64,000 nucleotides of DNA from Entomortierella parvispora E1425. Taxonomy: Eukaryota; Fungi; Mortierellomycota. Positions 34,119 to 47,279 of this stretch are shown in pieces. The translations under genes and the position numbers were made by a program. Location of the stretch: assembly GCA_020891255.1 (NCBI GenBank), contig BQFW01000001.1, positions 682,001 through 746,000 of the forward strand. The letters run 5' to 3'. The first letter of the stretch is position 1. Every line of letters begins with the position of its first letter. The notes beneath the pieces were generated by a model. The model did no database searches and was not told where the DNA came from. It saw only the letters and a program-made list of their open reading frames with translations.

Positions 34119-36675
34119 TGTTCTTGTTGTATGAAAGTTTGAATCTCCGGTTGTTTAAGTATCTGGTACCCAGATTTGGTGGCGCATAATCACGTGACGT
34201 CCAAATTAAGGGTATGCACTGCAAACACGACCACTGGTTTTTTTTGAAAACAGCCCAGGAGCTGTACGAGGGGACCCTTTGACAAGGAAAAAAAAAAAAA
34301 AAAAAAGCCCAAGAGCTTTATAACCATGTCCATGAGCAATAGGGTATCGTGCCGACTTGCAAAGTGATACCTAGAGCAGTCTCACTGTGCTCCATAGACT
34401 CGCGTTTCTTTAGTTGGGCCATTTCTGTTCACGTTTAGCGTCGAAAATTGTTGACGCGCTTTGTTTCGTTCCTGTCCCCTTTATTTCTATTTTTCTTTTT
34501 CCATTTTTTTTTTTGTTGTTGTTGTTGTTATTGTTGAAGATGAGATGCATCCACCCCTTTTCATGTGCTTTTCATTCGCTTCATTATTGTCATTGTTAGC
34601 CTGGTGGTCCGTATCTTTTTATCTTTTTTTGTTCTTTTTTTGGTCGCATTTGCTCCAATTTGGCCCCTACGTTCTTGTTTCCAACCACATTTAGATCCAT
34701 AATGGATGGATCGCTATCGACCTTCCACAAAAGGGCAGGAGAGAGGAGGGGGGATATTCAAGATCAGGATTCAAGCCTGAGCAAAGTTGGTAATTCTCGT
34801 TGCATTTTTTGCGAAGGCAGTTGTATGCATCTTAACCTGCGAGCAATTGAAAGGAGAAGGTACGACGTCGGTGTTGTTCAATGGTCTCCTTCTCATAGAC
34901 CCTATTTTCTTTTTTTTTTTATTTTTTTATTTTTTTTGCATGGGCATGTCATGTTTGTCGAGGGCTTGACATGTGGGATGGGTTTTGGACACAACGCAGT
35001 CCGTGGCGTGGATGTGGGTTCATCGTTTTGTTCCTTTCCTTGTTTTTTTTTTTTTTTTTTTTTTTTTTTTGGTTGAGGGACCAAGCGTGCATTGCATCTG
35101 CTTGGATGGAACAGTTCTTCGGCGTCAGGCTCACAGATGGCGAAGGTTGTGGAGAGTCGGTTATCTATCTATCCGTCTGAATTGGATGCACACAATCGAA
35201 AACGAGCAAGTTTTTTTTTTTTTTTTTTTTTTTTTTTGGCGCGCACAAAATGGCTCGGCGTATTCTGCAACAATGGATAGACAATCAGAGTGACAAAAGT
35301 CGGCGTGGAACAAAGGGGATCAAAAGAAGGTTATTCCCAGGGTCGAGCGGGAAGGCGAGTCCATAGCGCGATAAGCTGCTGATGAAAAATAATAATAACG
35401 ATGCGAGAGAAGGCCGCCGGGATTGTGTTTGGGACCAGAGGACGAGAACACGGGGGAGGGAAGAAGGAAAGAAAAATATATAAATCCTCGAGGAGCTCAG
35501 GATGAGAGGGAAAGGAGCGAGTATGACATGATTGTGAACAACGTGAGCAAAGGAGGATGGTGTCAAAAAAACAGGTACAGGAGTACATTGCATGGCATGG
35601 CATATTGCACAAGGATGGCTTCGGCCCTTTTGGCGTCAGAGACGGCCATTGGCAAGGGTCAAAAGAAGATTGTCCATCGGCTGGTGCTGGCGTGGAGAGG
35701 CAATGGTGTGCTGAACTGTGGACGATCCGATGTGGTTCCTGAACCAAGGTGTCTTCATTTTCCAGTCTCTGATTAGGCCGACTGGACCTTAGCGAAGCAC
35801 ACCGTGCATTTTCCTTTCCACGGCTGAATGCTGGTCTGCCCAGTGACGAGATATCAAGATTGTGGATAATGATGCACCGACCACCCCTTCGCGAGGAAGG
35901 GGATCGCAATCTGTGAACCTTGGCCCTTCCACCCGCGATTTGCGAGCCAAAGGCTTGGAGCCCCTGTGCTCGTAACGATATCGGCAATTGCCCCAATTTC
36001 GTTCATCCCTCTTTTTCCTTCTTTACACCACCACCCCACCCTTTTCTTCGTTCCCCTCTTCTTTTCCTTTTTCTTCTTTCTTCATTTCTCAACACACACC
36101 ATAACCACTGCTTCCAGCACCTGTTTCATCGTTCTTCGCCAGCGTCTCGTTTTGGATACAGGATCATCGTCCGATCCCATTACCGTGGCGCCTGGTTCTT
36201 TATTCTTTTTGTTCCTCCATCACGGATACAGTCTTGGCTCCTTGGCTGGGACTTTCAACTCTCTTGGTATCTTTCTCATCATCTTGGCGTTCGTGTCATT
36301 GTACATAGCTCTCCCACCATTTCAGAAGAAAGGAATTCGATCCATCCACACCCGTGGGCGCTATCCCAGCCCGGCCCAGTCACTCTCGCGCTCCCCACAA
36401 CAAGACCTTGGTCGGCTTGTAGCCACACAGTTTCTTGACGTTCATTCCTGGTCTGTTCAGCACTGACCATCCCCTTCTTCTTTAACCTGTTTTTGACTCT
36501 TTCTTTTTGTTTGCCTCATATTCCTCTGTTGCTCTCGTTTGTTTGTCCTCTTTATCTTTTTTTTCCTTTCGCTCTGCTCAACTCTAAGGGAAAAACAAAT
36601 CTCCTATCCTCGCCACACTCTGAGTGTGTTGCCACCAATTCGCACATCGCCACCAGTCTACCAAGAAGACCCAAG

Positions 36676-39600
36676 ATGCTTACAACCCAGGTCCAGGTCC
36701 TGCTGTATGTAGGCAACATCCAGGTACGAAAGAAACTTGCGTATGGCCAAACGGGACACAGCTGGGTCGACCGACTAACAGCAGGACGGGGGTGAATGGA
36801 TGGTGCTCGGCGGGATCCCTTCCAACGTTCTAACCTGTTTCGTCTTCTTTCCCTCTTCCTCCACGTCCCACGCCGGTCGGTGTTGATTTTCACCGTCTCC
36901 CCTTGACCGTCTATCCTGCCCATGTGCCGACTTGCGATCCAAACAACGCGTCAACAACCCACCAACTAACACCCACCGCTAACGCTCCAATGGCTTGTCA
37001 TACCCTTTCCATACTATATCCCGTTGTTCCCGTCCCTGTCTCTCTCTGCCTGCGCCCAACCTTGGTCGGACATTCATTGACGGCGGTGGCATGGTGTTTG
37101 CACCTGTCTGGTTCTGATATTTTCTTCTGTATTTGATCCCTGCACCCGTTCTGGATCTCCCTTTTTACTCTATCGTCCTTGCCCCTTTGTTCACATGCTC
37201 TCAGATCGTGAGTTGCTCAGTCTTTATCCCCGTCCCGGCCATCGTGGTCAAGTCCCACCAGACGCTGGAGGCGATTCTTCCGTATTTGCCGCTAGCCTTG
37301 ACCTCCTCCTCGGCGGACACGGCTGTTGTTGCTCCAGTTCCCGCGATTGAGCCGCCAATTGACCCTCTCTGTCCCACGCTCTCTTCTTCTTCTTCTTTAC
37401 TTCCTGCATCCTCCACCTCCTTGATCCTTTCACCGTCCACGCCTTTGTCCTCTGCTTCCACCTCCACCCCTGTGCCTTCGTGCTCCTCCCCTACCTGCAC
37501 TTCCCCTGCTTGCTCCCATAAACACAGACACAGCTCCTCAACCTTGTCCCATTCCCATTCACAAGCCCATTCTTCCGCTCTCACCATCAGTCCGGATTCA
37601 TCCATCCCGGCCACCACCTGTATAAAGATCTCGCTCCGGCCCACCCCTTCTTTCAAACTCGTCAACCCAAAGTGTCCGCATCAACAGCAGCGGAATCGTA
37701 ATCTTCGCCATTTGAAGCAGCAACAACAGCAACAGGAACTCTACCTTCAACAACAACAAGAACAAGAGCTGCAAGAACAACGACAGCGACAACGAAGACC
37801 ACGCAGTCCTCCTCCTCCTCAGCTTTCTTCGCCTCCGTCTGCCCATCGGTCGCATTCTCAGTCCCATTCGCATTCCCATTCCCGCTCTCAATCCCCTTCC
37901 ACACAACCGCGGTCGCATCATAGTAGCCATCGCTCGTCCCATCGTCGCCATTCTCACCGTTGTACTCATAGCAGCATGACCAGTCTTTCAACTCGCCCCC
38001 AGACCTCGGTCTTGTTCACCTACCCTTACGTCGCTGCCTCCACCTCCTCTCCCAAGGTTGTCCAGGTCACTGGATCCTTCAACGACTGGCAACGGACAGA
38101 ACCGTTGATTTTGAATCCGGCCCAAGCTCGATTCGAGCTCGAGGTCACTGTCTCTTTGAAGGACGGATCGGAAGAGAAGCAAAAGATCCTGTTCAAGTTT
38201 GTCCTGGATGGTCAGGAGTGGGTCACGGACGCCTCTCAGGAACAGGAGCGAGACTATGCTGGCAACTTGAACAATGTGCTTGTCCTTGACCCAATCAAGG
38301 CCACGGTCACTCAGAACAACACCAGCAATGAAGAGTCCACGACTGAAAAGACAGAGACCGAGGAGGAGAGACTCGCGAGGTTGAAGCAAGAGGAGGAAGA
38401 CGATGCAACGATCCGTCAGTTGGGTGGCGGCATGTGGGGAGCCCCCTCCTTTGCCGTGAATGATCCTGTCAACTTGCCTGAGCACTTTGTAAACTCTGCT
38501 GCCCCCGTCGCTGCTGAAGAGGCAGAGGAGCGAGAGCAGGAGGATAAGCACGAGGATGAAGAGAAGGGTCTCCCGTCAACACCCGCACAGCAACCTGTTG
38601 TTGTGCAGAAAACAGAGCCCATTGCAGCTGTCGTGGAACAACCAACGGTCACCACCTCTTCTCCCGCTGTTGCTACTGTGGTTCTCACCCCTGCTGACAA
38701 GGAGGAGGAGGTAGAGGATGAAGATGACGAGACTATCAGGAGGTTGGGGGGTGGCATGTGGGGAACCCCTTTTTTCAAGGTGAATGATCCTGCTGCTTTG
38801 CCAGAGCATTTTGTCGAGGCTTTGGGCGCCACATCAATCACAGCCAACCCCGCCACCTCCACCTCAGCCTCAGATGAGGTGATTGTGGACAGGGAGGAAG
38901 AGGAGCTCTCAGAGGGAGAGGTCCTTCGGGACGATCTTTCTGGCACGATGGAGGGAACATTGATTGAAACCGTGGTCGACACCACGGAGGACATTGTCAT
39001 TGAAGATGCTCAGGGTAACTTTTTGGAAGAATCCATCACCACCAGCCGACAGGAATTGATCCAGGGCGAGGTCGAAGAGAAGGTGACCGAGGTCATTGAG
39101 ACGATCGAGGACATTGAGCCCGCCGACCCCATCGTGTCCACGCCACCCACCCCAACACCATCCTCAACAGCTGTGGTAGAAGGACCAGAGTCGACTACAT
39201 TGGTTGAGGAATCGACCGAGTCGGCTCAAAATGTGACTATGACTGAGACTGAGGTCCTCTCGGTCGGTGCGAATGGCGAGGAGACGACAGTTCTCGAAGA
39301 GACGATTACCTTCGTGGAGGGTCCAGAGGTCGACAGCACTAGCTTGCATTCACTTACGACAGCGATCAAGCCCGTGCAGGAAGGCGAGAATGTGCTGGTA
39401 GAGGCTGCACCTGAGGTGCATGTGCAGACACCACCAGTACAACCAGCAGAATCCAACCCTTCGGTCGCAAGTGCTGGTGATGCCAAGCCCTCTGTGGACG
39501 TGTCGACCATTGCGATTACAGCCAACTCGGCCATCTCGACATCCAATCACAGCCCTAGCAGTACTGCTAGGACTAGTCTTCATGGAGATCACCATGACGG

Positions 39601-39844
39601 CGACGGTGACTATGGTGTGGTTTACTTGCAGGGTCAACGACCTGTTCCTTCTGGCGATGCCACGCCAGCTGCAGACTTGTCAGTCGATGTTACTGCACAA
39701 GAGGTTCCTACTTTGAAGCCTTCGGTGCCTAGCAAGACCACGACCGCCACGGGACCCGTGGTGTCGACGACGCCTGCGGAAAAGACGGAAAAGAGCGAGA
39801 AGCGAAAGTCGTTCTGGAAAAAGTTGAAAAAGGTCCTCACCTAA
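36676..39844 (+). CDS. CBM48/AMPK-beta-type glycogen-binding domain protein (Mdg1/Crp1-like) with long acidic and Q/H/S-rich regions
   Basis: Domain VQVTGSFNDWQRTEPL...ILFKFVLDGQEWVTDASQEQERDYAGNLNNVL. The ORF is open from 37118, but the first in-frame ATG is at 37977. Proposed first exon 36676-36723 spliced (phase 0) to 37205; the start model is uncertain. Confidence 0.8.
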
Positions 39845-39986
39845 GCCAGTTTGCTCCCACTGGAGTTTCTACTATATCCCTCAAATAAATAACCCTTTGC
39901 CCTCCCAACTCAAGCCCGTAAAGCAGAACCAGAAGCTACCGCAGGGGAATAGAAAACCGCAGTGATCAGATATCACTCTCACTTTA

Positions 39987-40676
39987 ATGAATTGGATCAA
40001 GAGACATGAGTTGAGCGAATTGAAGCAATGCATTATCTACGACCGCGCTGACGTGCCTCATATCATTGCGAATGGTGTTTTGGACGTTTTGAAAATGAGA
40101 GAGAATTTCCCCAACTTTGCTTCACTCCAAAGACGATGTTTTGGCGGCTTTGGATAGGATAGATAGCCTTCTCCATCCGCTTCGTAATATCGGTGGCTAT
40201 GTATGGCGCTGAACAGTCACGGACAAATAAAGAGATCGCGACATTCATTCTCACGCCAACAGTCGAACATTACTCTCGGACAGTCGTGATGCATCTCCAG
40301 TGGGGGATTAGGTCATCGGGATGCACAGCTGGCTTCACCGCCCCCTCATCCGACCAGGATTCACTGAGAGCTGCCGATGAGATCCTGGAGGTGGCCTTTT
40401 CCTCTGCCGAAGTGGACACCTTTGAGCATACATAGGCAGAAGTGTGGGACAAAGGTCGTGCCATCTTGGGGATGCAGGCCCTCAGTGGGCTTCGAACGCA
40501 AAGGTGGAGTGGGGGATTAGGTCATCGGGATGCACAGCTGGCTTCACGGCCCCTTCATCCGACCAGGATTCCCTGAGAACTGCCGATGAGATCCTGGGGG
40601 TGGCCTTTTCCTCTGCCGAAGTGGACACCATTGAGCATACATAGGCAGAAGTGTGGGACAAAGGTCGTGCCATCTT
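39987..40676 (+). pseudogene. Decayed coding relic of unknown family
   Basis: Protein-like segments in three successive plus frames (MNWIKRHELSELKQCIIYDRADVPHIIANGVLDVLKMRENFPNF / DVLAALDRIDSLLHPLRNIGGY / TNKEIATFILTPTVEHYSRTVVMHLQWGIRSSG) are broken by frameshifts and stops. No family recognised. Confidence 0.35.
40299..40676. repeat. Near-perfect 169-nt direct repeat (40299-40467 and 40508-40676), 209-nt period
   Basis: Both copies run agtgggggattaggtcatcgggatgcacagctggc...gacaaaggtcgtgccatctt with only a few substitutions, separated by 40 nt. Confidence 0.95.
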
Positions 40677-41570
40677 ACCATCATGCCGGGAGTCACGAGT
40701 CGCCTCGTCTGAAAGCAGGGCAACCCACGCCAGGCTCGGTACCAAGTACACGTATCCAATATTTGGTAGAGTTCTGGACGAAAAGTCTGAGGCTGGAACG
40801 TAAATGCGGCGTGGATTGTCCTGGGGCGCAGCTCTGCGTTGCATCTAATCTCTCTGAACTCTCCCTTATCTACAGCCTACTTTATTGCACCGTGTCTCGG
40901 CTACTGCTGCATTCTGTATCATGTACAACCCTTCAAGGTACGTTTGCATTGTTTGCTGTAACATGAGTGGGAAAGCTTTTGATGGCTCTTTGGACATGCC
41001 TCTCTACGCGACGGGCCTATAGTGCCCATTGAGTTGACCGTGTTGTGCCGATAGCATACGCTTCATGCAACCCTTGGGAAGTCCGCTATTGTTAGGGCTT
41101 TACTTGTGGTGTCGACCTACATCGTTTTAGTCATGGCCGCATCCTACTTCTGATCATGCTTAGCAGAGATTGATTGGACGTTTCTTTGAGAATCGTCAAC
41201 ATTTTGTTTGAATTTGAGTTACCGCAATTGCCAGGTTCCTTAGCCACTGGCAGGGACTTATGGCTAAGATTATAGCTAAAGTAGGTGAAGGCAAGCTAAA
41301 GGCAAGGTAAAGCAAGGTAAAACTTCAATCACAAACAAGACAGTGATTGCTTTTGTGCTCGAACTTGCCCTAGGCTAGGCTTGACCTCAGCCCCTCAAAA
41401 CTGTCTGCCCCTTCCGCGTTGACCAAGACTTGCCTCCCAAATGCATTTGCCTTGCTGCTTTCTTTGGTTTCTGGATACAATTAAGAAACACATCAATGGC
41501 CCAGAGCAGGCAGGATAGAAAAGGTCATAAAGCTTTGGTGGCAACAGGTCTTTTTTTTATTTTTCTTTGT

Positions 41571-42905
41571 TCACATGGACAAATCGTTCAGGGCAACACA
41601 AACTGCTGCCTTCTGATGTCCGTTGTATTGTCGAATGGTATCTCCTGAAGCCAATTCCCACAGTCTAGCAACATGATCCGAAGACGCGGTCACCAGGTAT
41701 GCCGAGTCTGCCGAGAACGCACAGTCCCAGACCCATCGCTGATGACCAACAAGAGTCTTTTCCAATTCGAACGAGTAGTTGTCCGTCTTCCAGATCTTGA
41801 CCGTACTGTCGGCGGAACACGTCGCCAGATGTTTCACATCCGGTGAGAGGACGCATTTGGTAATGTACTTGTTGTGGGCGGCAAACTTTGTGATGGGCTG
41901 TAAATCTGTAAAGTCTCTCGTGTGCGCCATCTTCCACACATAGCAGTTGCCCTTGTTGTTGGCGGCTACGAGTGAAGATCCATCGTTGGCAACGGTCACA
42001 GATCGAATTGGTACATCCTCCTCAGGAACAAGTTCATGCGTGCAGGAGCTCTCGCCCAAATCCCACAGTTTGATGCTTCCGTTTTGATCGCAAGAAATAA
42101 GTTCTCCCTGGTTGGGGTGGATAACCACGTCGTTCACCGGAGCCTTGTGGTCAAAGTTCCTCTGAGCATCAGGGCATCTATCAAGACCATTTGTTATCTG
42201 TTATTTGATCTGTCCCCATCTGACAGAGCACGCCTGGGAATTCAAGCAGCGATCCTTACCGAATATCCCAGATTTTGAGCATATGGTCCTCACTAGCTGT
42301 GACCATCCACTTTCCCTCGCAGTGAAATGCGACCGCGGTGACATTTCCTGTGTGTCCCTTAAAGGAGAGAATTGGGTTGGGGTGTCCACTGTTGATGTCG
42401 TAGAGTCGTACATGTTGATTGCTAGCGGCTGCAAGGTACTGCTTGTCTGGCGATATACACAGTTTGTTCACTTGCTATTAGCACAAAAATGACATGAGTC
42501 GATAAAATGCCAGTTAGCAAAAAAGTAGGTCTTCCTGACAATAGCAGGTGCTGGACGTTGAAGGTGATGCGAGTCTTCTTACTGCGTCGGGGTGTTGAAT
42601 TGTCCTGGAGCAGATTCCACTCAGAGCCTCCCTAAATGATATTAGGAAATAGAGGTCAGTTTTCCACAGCGCGTTCTCTGGTCGCTCTCGACATGATGGC
42701 AAGGGGTTGATGGCAATTACCAAAAACGAATGACATGATCATAGCCAGCCGTTACGAGAATCACAGAGTGCGAGTCATGCTGTGGTTGTTGCTGCTGTTG
42801 CTGTGTATGGTGCTGCTGGTGTGGCTGCTGCTGTTGCTGGGGGTGGCCCTGGTTGGGGTAGTTCCCATGATGCTGGGGTTTGGCGTGTGGCCGCGCAGTT
42901 GGCAT
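41571..42905 (-). CDS. LST8: TOR complex WD40 subunit Lst8
   Basis: Four exons: SVILVTAGYDHVIRFW / EALSGICSRTIQHPD / QVNKLCISPDKQYLAAA..GHTGNVTAVAFHCEGKWMVTASED / PVNDVVIHPNQGELISCDQNG..GHQRWVWDCAFSADSAYLVTASSD. Q/H-rich N-terminal extension. Confidence 0.96.
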
Positions 42906-43272
42906 GGCGAGTTGTAATTATTCAGAGGGAGAGAATGACAGATGTGCCTCCTTCCTAGTTCCCGATGTCTACTGTGTCCAAAGAAAGTGGCTGTGGCGCT
43001 CTTGACTCTTTTGAACGGATATCCAGCAGCTTGCCAAGTGAAATGAAACTGGAGAGGGAAGTCAAAGACGGGCAGACAATGCATGCATGTCAAGGAACGG
43101 GCGGACCAGCAACGAAACGATCAATCGATGCACGTGACCAGTCAACCAGTCCTGCGACTCGTGTGTCACTTCCAGGCAAAGCAAATGCCACAGATCTGGT
43201 CACTCTGTCCCGTCCATCTCTGCTCCCTTCTCTTTCCTCCCTCCCTCATCCACCGCCATCGCCATTCTCACC

Positions 43273-45351
43273 ATGGCCCCTGTTATCTCTGACGAAATTG
43301 CCGCAAAGGCCAATGCCATCAAGGAGGAGGCCAACGTTCTCTTTGCCAGTAATGATCAGACTATCCTCACCATCTTCCACTCCCCTTCTCGCAACACACA
43401 AGCAAACCCACATTCCCTTTCCTGATGCCTTGCTCTCTTGCATGGAGCCACATGTTGTGTGCCACCAGGATTAAGACTGGTCCCTGATTCTAACTACGCC
43501 ATTGCTCCATCCACTTCATAGACAAGAAGTACGAAGAGGCTGTCGAAAAATACACAGAGGCCATCGAGCTCAACCCCAACGTTGCTGCTTACTACGCCAA
43601 TCGTGCCTTTGCACACACTAAACTGGAAGCCTATGGAGCCGCCATTCTGTACGAACATCTGAACTGCTGTGCAAATACCTTTTTTGTTTACCTTGTTTTC
43701 TTCAATGGACATCCCATTCAGAGGAGGCGATTCCAATGCACTGACTTTGTTTTTACATCTTGAATCCTTTTGTTCCTGGATACCTTTTTTCAAAAAAAAA
43801 AAAATATTAACCCCCAAACAGGGACGGAGACAAGGCCGTAGAGGTGGATCCCAAGTACCCCAAGGGATACTACCGTCGTGGTGTGGGCAAGTATGCATTG
43901 GCTCGTTACAAGGAGGCAGCCAAGGATTTCAGGGTCGTCGTCAAAATTGCGCCCAACGACAAGGACGCAAAGTTGAAGCTCGAGGACTGCGAAAAGACTG
44001 TGACCAGGATGGCATTCGAGAAGGCTATTGCCAGCAATGAGATCGTGAAGAAGGTCTCTGACTCGATCGACACACAGTCCATTATCGTAGAGGATTCATA
44101 CGATGGTGTCAGGATCGACGATGGCAAGATCACCAAGGAATTTGTGGACGATATGATCGAGCGGTTTGTCCAGCAAAAGAAGATCCACAAGCGATATGCC
44201 TATGAGGTAAAAAAAAAAGGAGATTTGTGGATCATCAAGTGCGGTCCTTGAAGCAGGAATTTTTCGATACTGACTGGGCTCTTTTGCATATGCATAGATC
44301 ATTCTTCAAGTCAGAAAGTACTTTATGGAACAACCCTCGCTCGTGGACGTGACTATTCCCGAGGATCACAAGTTGACAATCTGCGGAGATGTGCACGGCC
44401 AGTTCTATGATTTCAACAACATCTTCAAGCTCAACGGACGTCCCTCAGAGACTCACGCCTACTTGTTCAACGGCGATTTCGTGGATCGTGGAAGCTTCTC
44501 ATTGGAGATTATCTTGACTTTGTTCGCCTACAAGTTGTTGTACCCCACTGGAATGTATCTCACCCGAGGAAACCACGAGACCGATGACATGAACAAGGTC
44601 TATGGATTCGAGGATGAGGTCAAGGCCAAGTTCTCAGAGACCATGTTCAAGATCTTCTCAGAGACCTTTACGACTTTGCCCTTGGCCCATCTTGTCCAGA
44701 AGAAGATCTTTGTCGTCCACGGCGGTTTGAGCTCAAGAGACGACGTGACATTAGAGGAGATTAAGAATATCGACAGAATCGGAAAGGGACAACCAGGTCA
44801 GGGTGGTTTGATGTCAGAGTTGCTCTGGGCAGATCCCCAGCCTCTTCCTGGACGGAGTCCCAGTGCCCGTGGTGTCGGACAAAAGTTTGGACCTGATGTC
44901 ACGGAGAACTTCTGCAAGGTGAACGATATTGGTAAGTTGTCAGTGTCAGTGGATGGACACGAGGTCAATGAAACTTTGACGTTTTCTAGTTCAGTTCGCT
45001 AATAACTCTTTAAATTCCTTTCTTTCATATAGACATGATTATTCGAAGTCACGAAGTTAAACAACAGGGATACCATGTGGAGCACGACGGTCGCTGCGTT
45101 ACCATCTTCTCAGCACCAAACTACTGGTAAGAATCTCTATTCATAAAACTGCATGTGGAGGAAATAGTGAGGCGGTATCTAACGAGTACACTCTCAACGT
45201 TTTCAATAGCGACTCTGTCGGTAACAAGGGAGCATACATCAACGTGACACCGGATGCAGAAAAGACCTTCAAGTTGGATTATGTGCAGTTTGAGGCGGTA
45301 GAGCACCCAAAGACACAACCTTACGCCAACAGGTTCCGTGGAGGCTTCTGA
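43273..45351 (+). CDS. PPT1: Ser/Thr protein phosphatase 5 (TPR + PPP catalytic domain)
   Basis: TPR exons (AIELNPNVAAYYANRAFAH, DPKYPKGYYRRG) and PPP motifs GDVHGQ, GDFVDRG, RGNHE, HGG, IRSHE and FSAPNY. Confidence 0.96.
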
Positions 45352-45918
45352 ACCGAGGTTGTCAGGATTCTGGTGATCTTGGCATTGATAGTACTGACTC
45401 GATACCTCGTCTATCTAGCCTTGGACCTTCAACGGTCATCGTCTTTTTCTTCATCGTCCTCTTCTCCTCCTTCCCTCGCTACCTCCTTTGCTCTCGTTCC
45501 CTTTTGGCCCTCGCTGTCTTCTTTCGCCTCATTGTCCACGTTCATCACCACCGCTCCGATGAACTTGGTCACTGTCGCAAACAAAACATGGACCCAATTG
45601 GCAAAATGATTAGAAAAGGAAGTGAAGGAATTGTAGAGAGGGTTTTCCTTTAAAAAAAAGAATTTGGACGAGTTTCGAGCCTTCCAATATAATTAAACAG
45701 AGTTTTTTTTTCTGCAATTGCCCTCCATTACCTTTGTTTTTTTAAACTCGTTGATCCAAAGAAAGAAAGGGAAAAAAAAAGTGATAGCAATCATCTCGAC
45801 AGTGAAGACCAAGAACACCACCGAGGATAAATCAGGATATATTATTGACAAAAAAGGTAGCTAATAACAACAGGGGTAAAAAGTGAGGGAATGACAGCAA
45901 ACTAGCCTGGGATTGCGT

Positions 45919-47279
45919 TTAAGCAAGTCCGCAGATTGAAAGCTCTCTCATTTGCTGCAAGATTCCCTCAGCAGCTTCCTCGAGCTCATAACCCTCAGTC
46001 TCTGGTGGGAAGTATTGTCTCAAGCCCTCCAAAGTCGTGTGGGCATCCTGTGCGAAGGAGAGCTGGGACTTGACGACAGCCTCAAACGAAGGATCTAGGT
46101 AAGCAACACGAGAATCCACAATCTTTGGCAATTCAGTCGTCAACTGCGCATTCATTGTCTCGTACAGCTCCCGAAGTCGATTAGCCTCGTGCTCAGCCCT
46201 GGGCAACTTTCCAGCGTCCTCCGATGGCTTTTCGACCAACTTGCGGACTTTGGACCGTGCAGCATCATAATCCAACATTGTCTTGTTACGGCGTCTCACA
46301 GCCTCGTTGACCTCGGGGAAGTAAGCAGAGTAACGTCCTACGGGTTCCAACACTGAAGTTCTGTAAGCAGCATCCTAGAGTCATTAGGGGAAAAAGAATG
46401 AAGAAAAGAGGAGTCAGTGCCTAACAATATTTCAAGGCCAGAACGAAAAAAAAATAGACCATGGCTGAGCTTGTTCGTCTCCGTGGTAATGACTTAATCC
46501 CCGGTAACTTTTGGGCCTTTAGGCCCAAAAAAAATTTAAGCCCTTTTGTCGACTTACAACTTCATCCTGTGCTTGTTGTTCCAACTTGCCCACAGCTTCC
46601 TTGTATTTAACACCATAGATGCCCATGGGTGCTCCCTCGTCGTAGAATTGATCAATGGTGGCCGCAATCTTGACCTGAGATCCAGTCATATCTATCAAAT
46701 GTCCAATTGAAATAAAAAATGAAACGCGCGTCAGATTTCATATCGTTCCGTCTCGTCATTCTCTATGGTGTAGGCTCCATGGCTAGTGGGGATAGAAGCA
46801 TGGCAATAGAGAATGGTGGCGCTTACTTCGCACAGCTGCAGCGTATCCATTTGCTTCTGTGTGCAACTTGCCGACTTTCATTTCGAGACTAAAAAAAAGG
46901 GACAAAAAACAACAGCCTTGTTAGAATATCATGGTCATTCCTGCAGCCAGCCCGGTTCATCTTTGGTTGAAAAGAAATGTTGCCATGGTCCAGTCATGTC
47001 CAGGGCAGGGTCGAGAAATGTCAAGCTGATGCCATAGCGAAACAAAACACAAAACTCACTTTTTGAAGCGCTTCTCTTCTTCCTCAAACTCGCGGTCTGT
47101 GGTGCGCTCGACACTCCCAGTCTTGGTGAGTACAGAAGTTGTAGCGCGGTTGAGGTTCTTCTTGAAGCCAGCCCTATAAAGGGATGAGGATTGGAGAGTG
47201 AGCCTTAAATGGTGGCAAAACGAGAACAGGGGAGAGGGAAACAATTGTAGAAGAGCACATTTGCAACGTACCAGCTCAT
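45919..47279 (-). CDS. RVS161: N-BAR amphiphysin Rvs161/Hob3
   Basis: Exons give MSWAGFKKNLNRATTSVLTKTGSVERTTDREFEEEEKRFK...LEPVGRYSAYFPEVNEAVRRRNKTMLDYDAARSKVRKLVEKP...RVAYLDPSFEAVVKSQ; there is no SH3 domain. Confidence 0.94.

Noticed and set aside
34400-35996. Cluster of ORFs including the 221-aa minus ORF at 35331-35996
   Set aside because: Homopolymer-rich, low-complexity translations with no splice or domain support; treated as intergenic.
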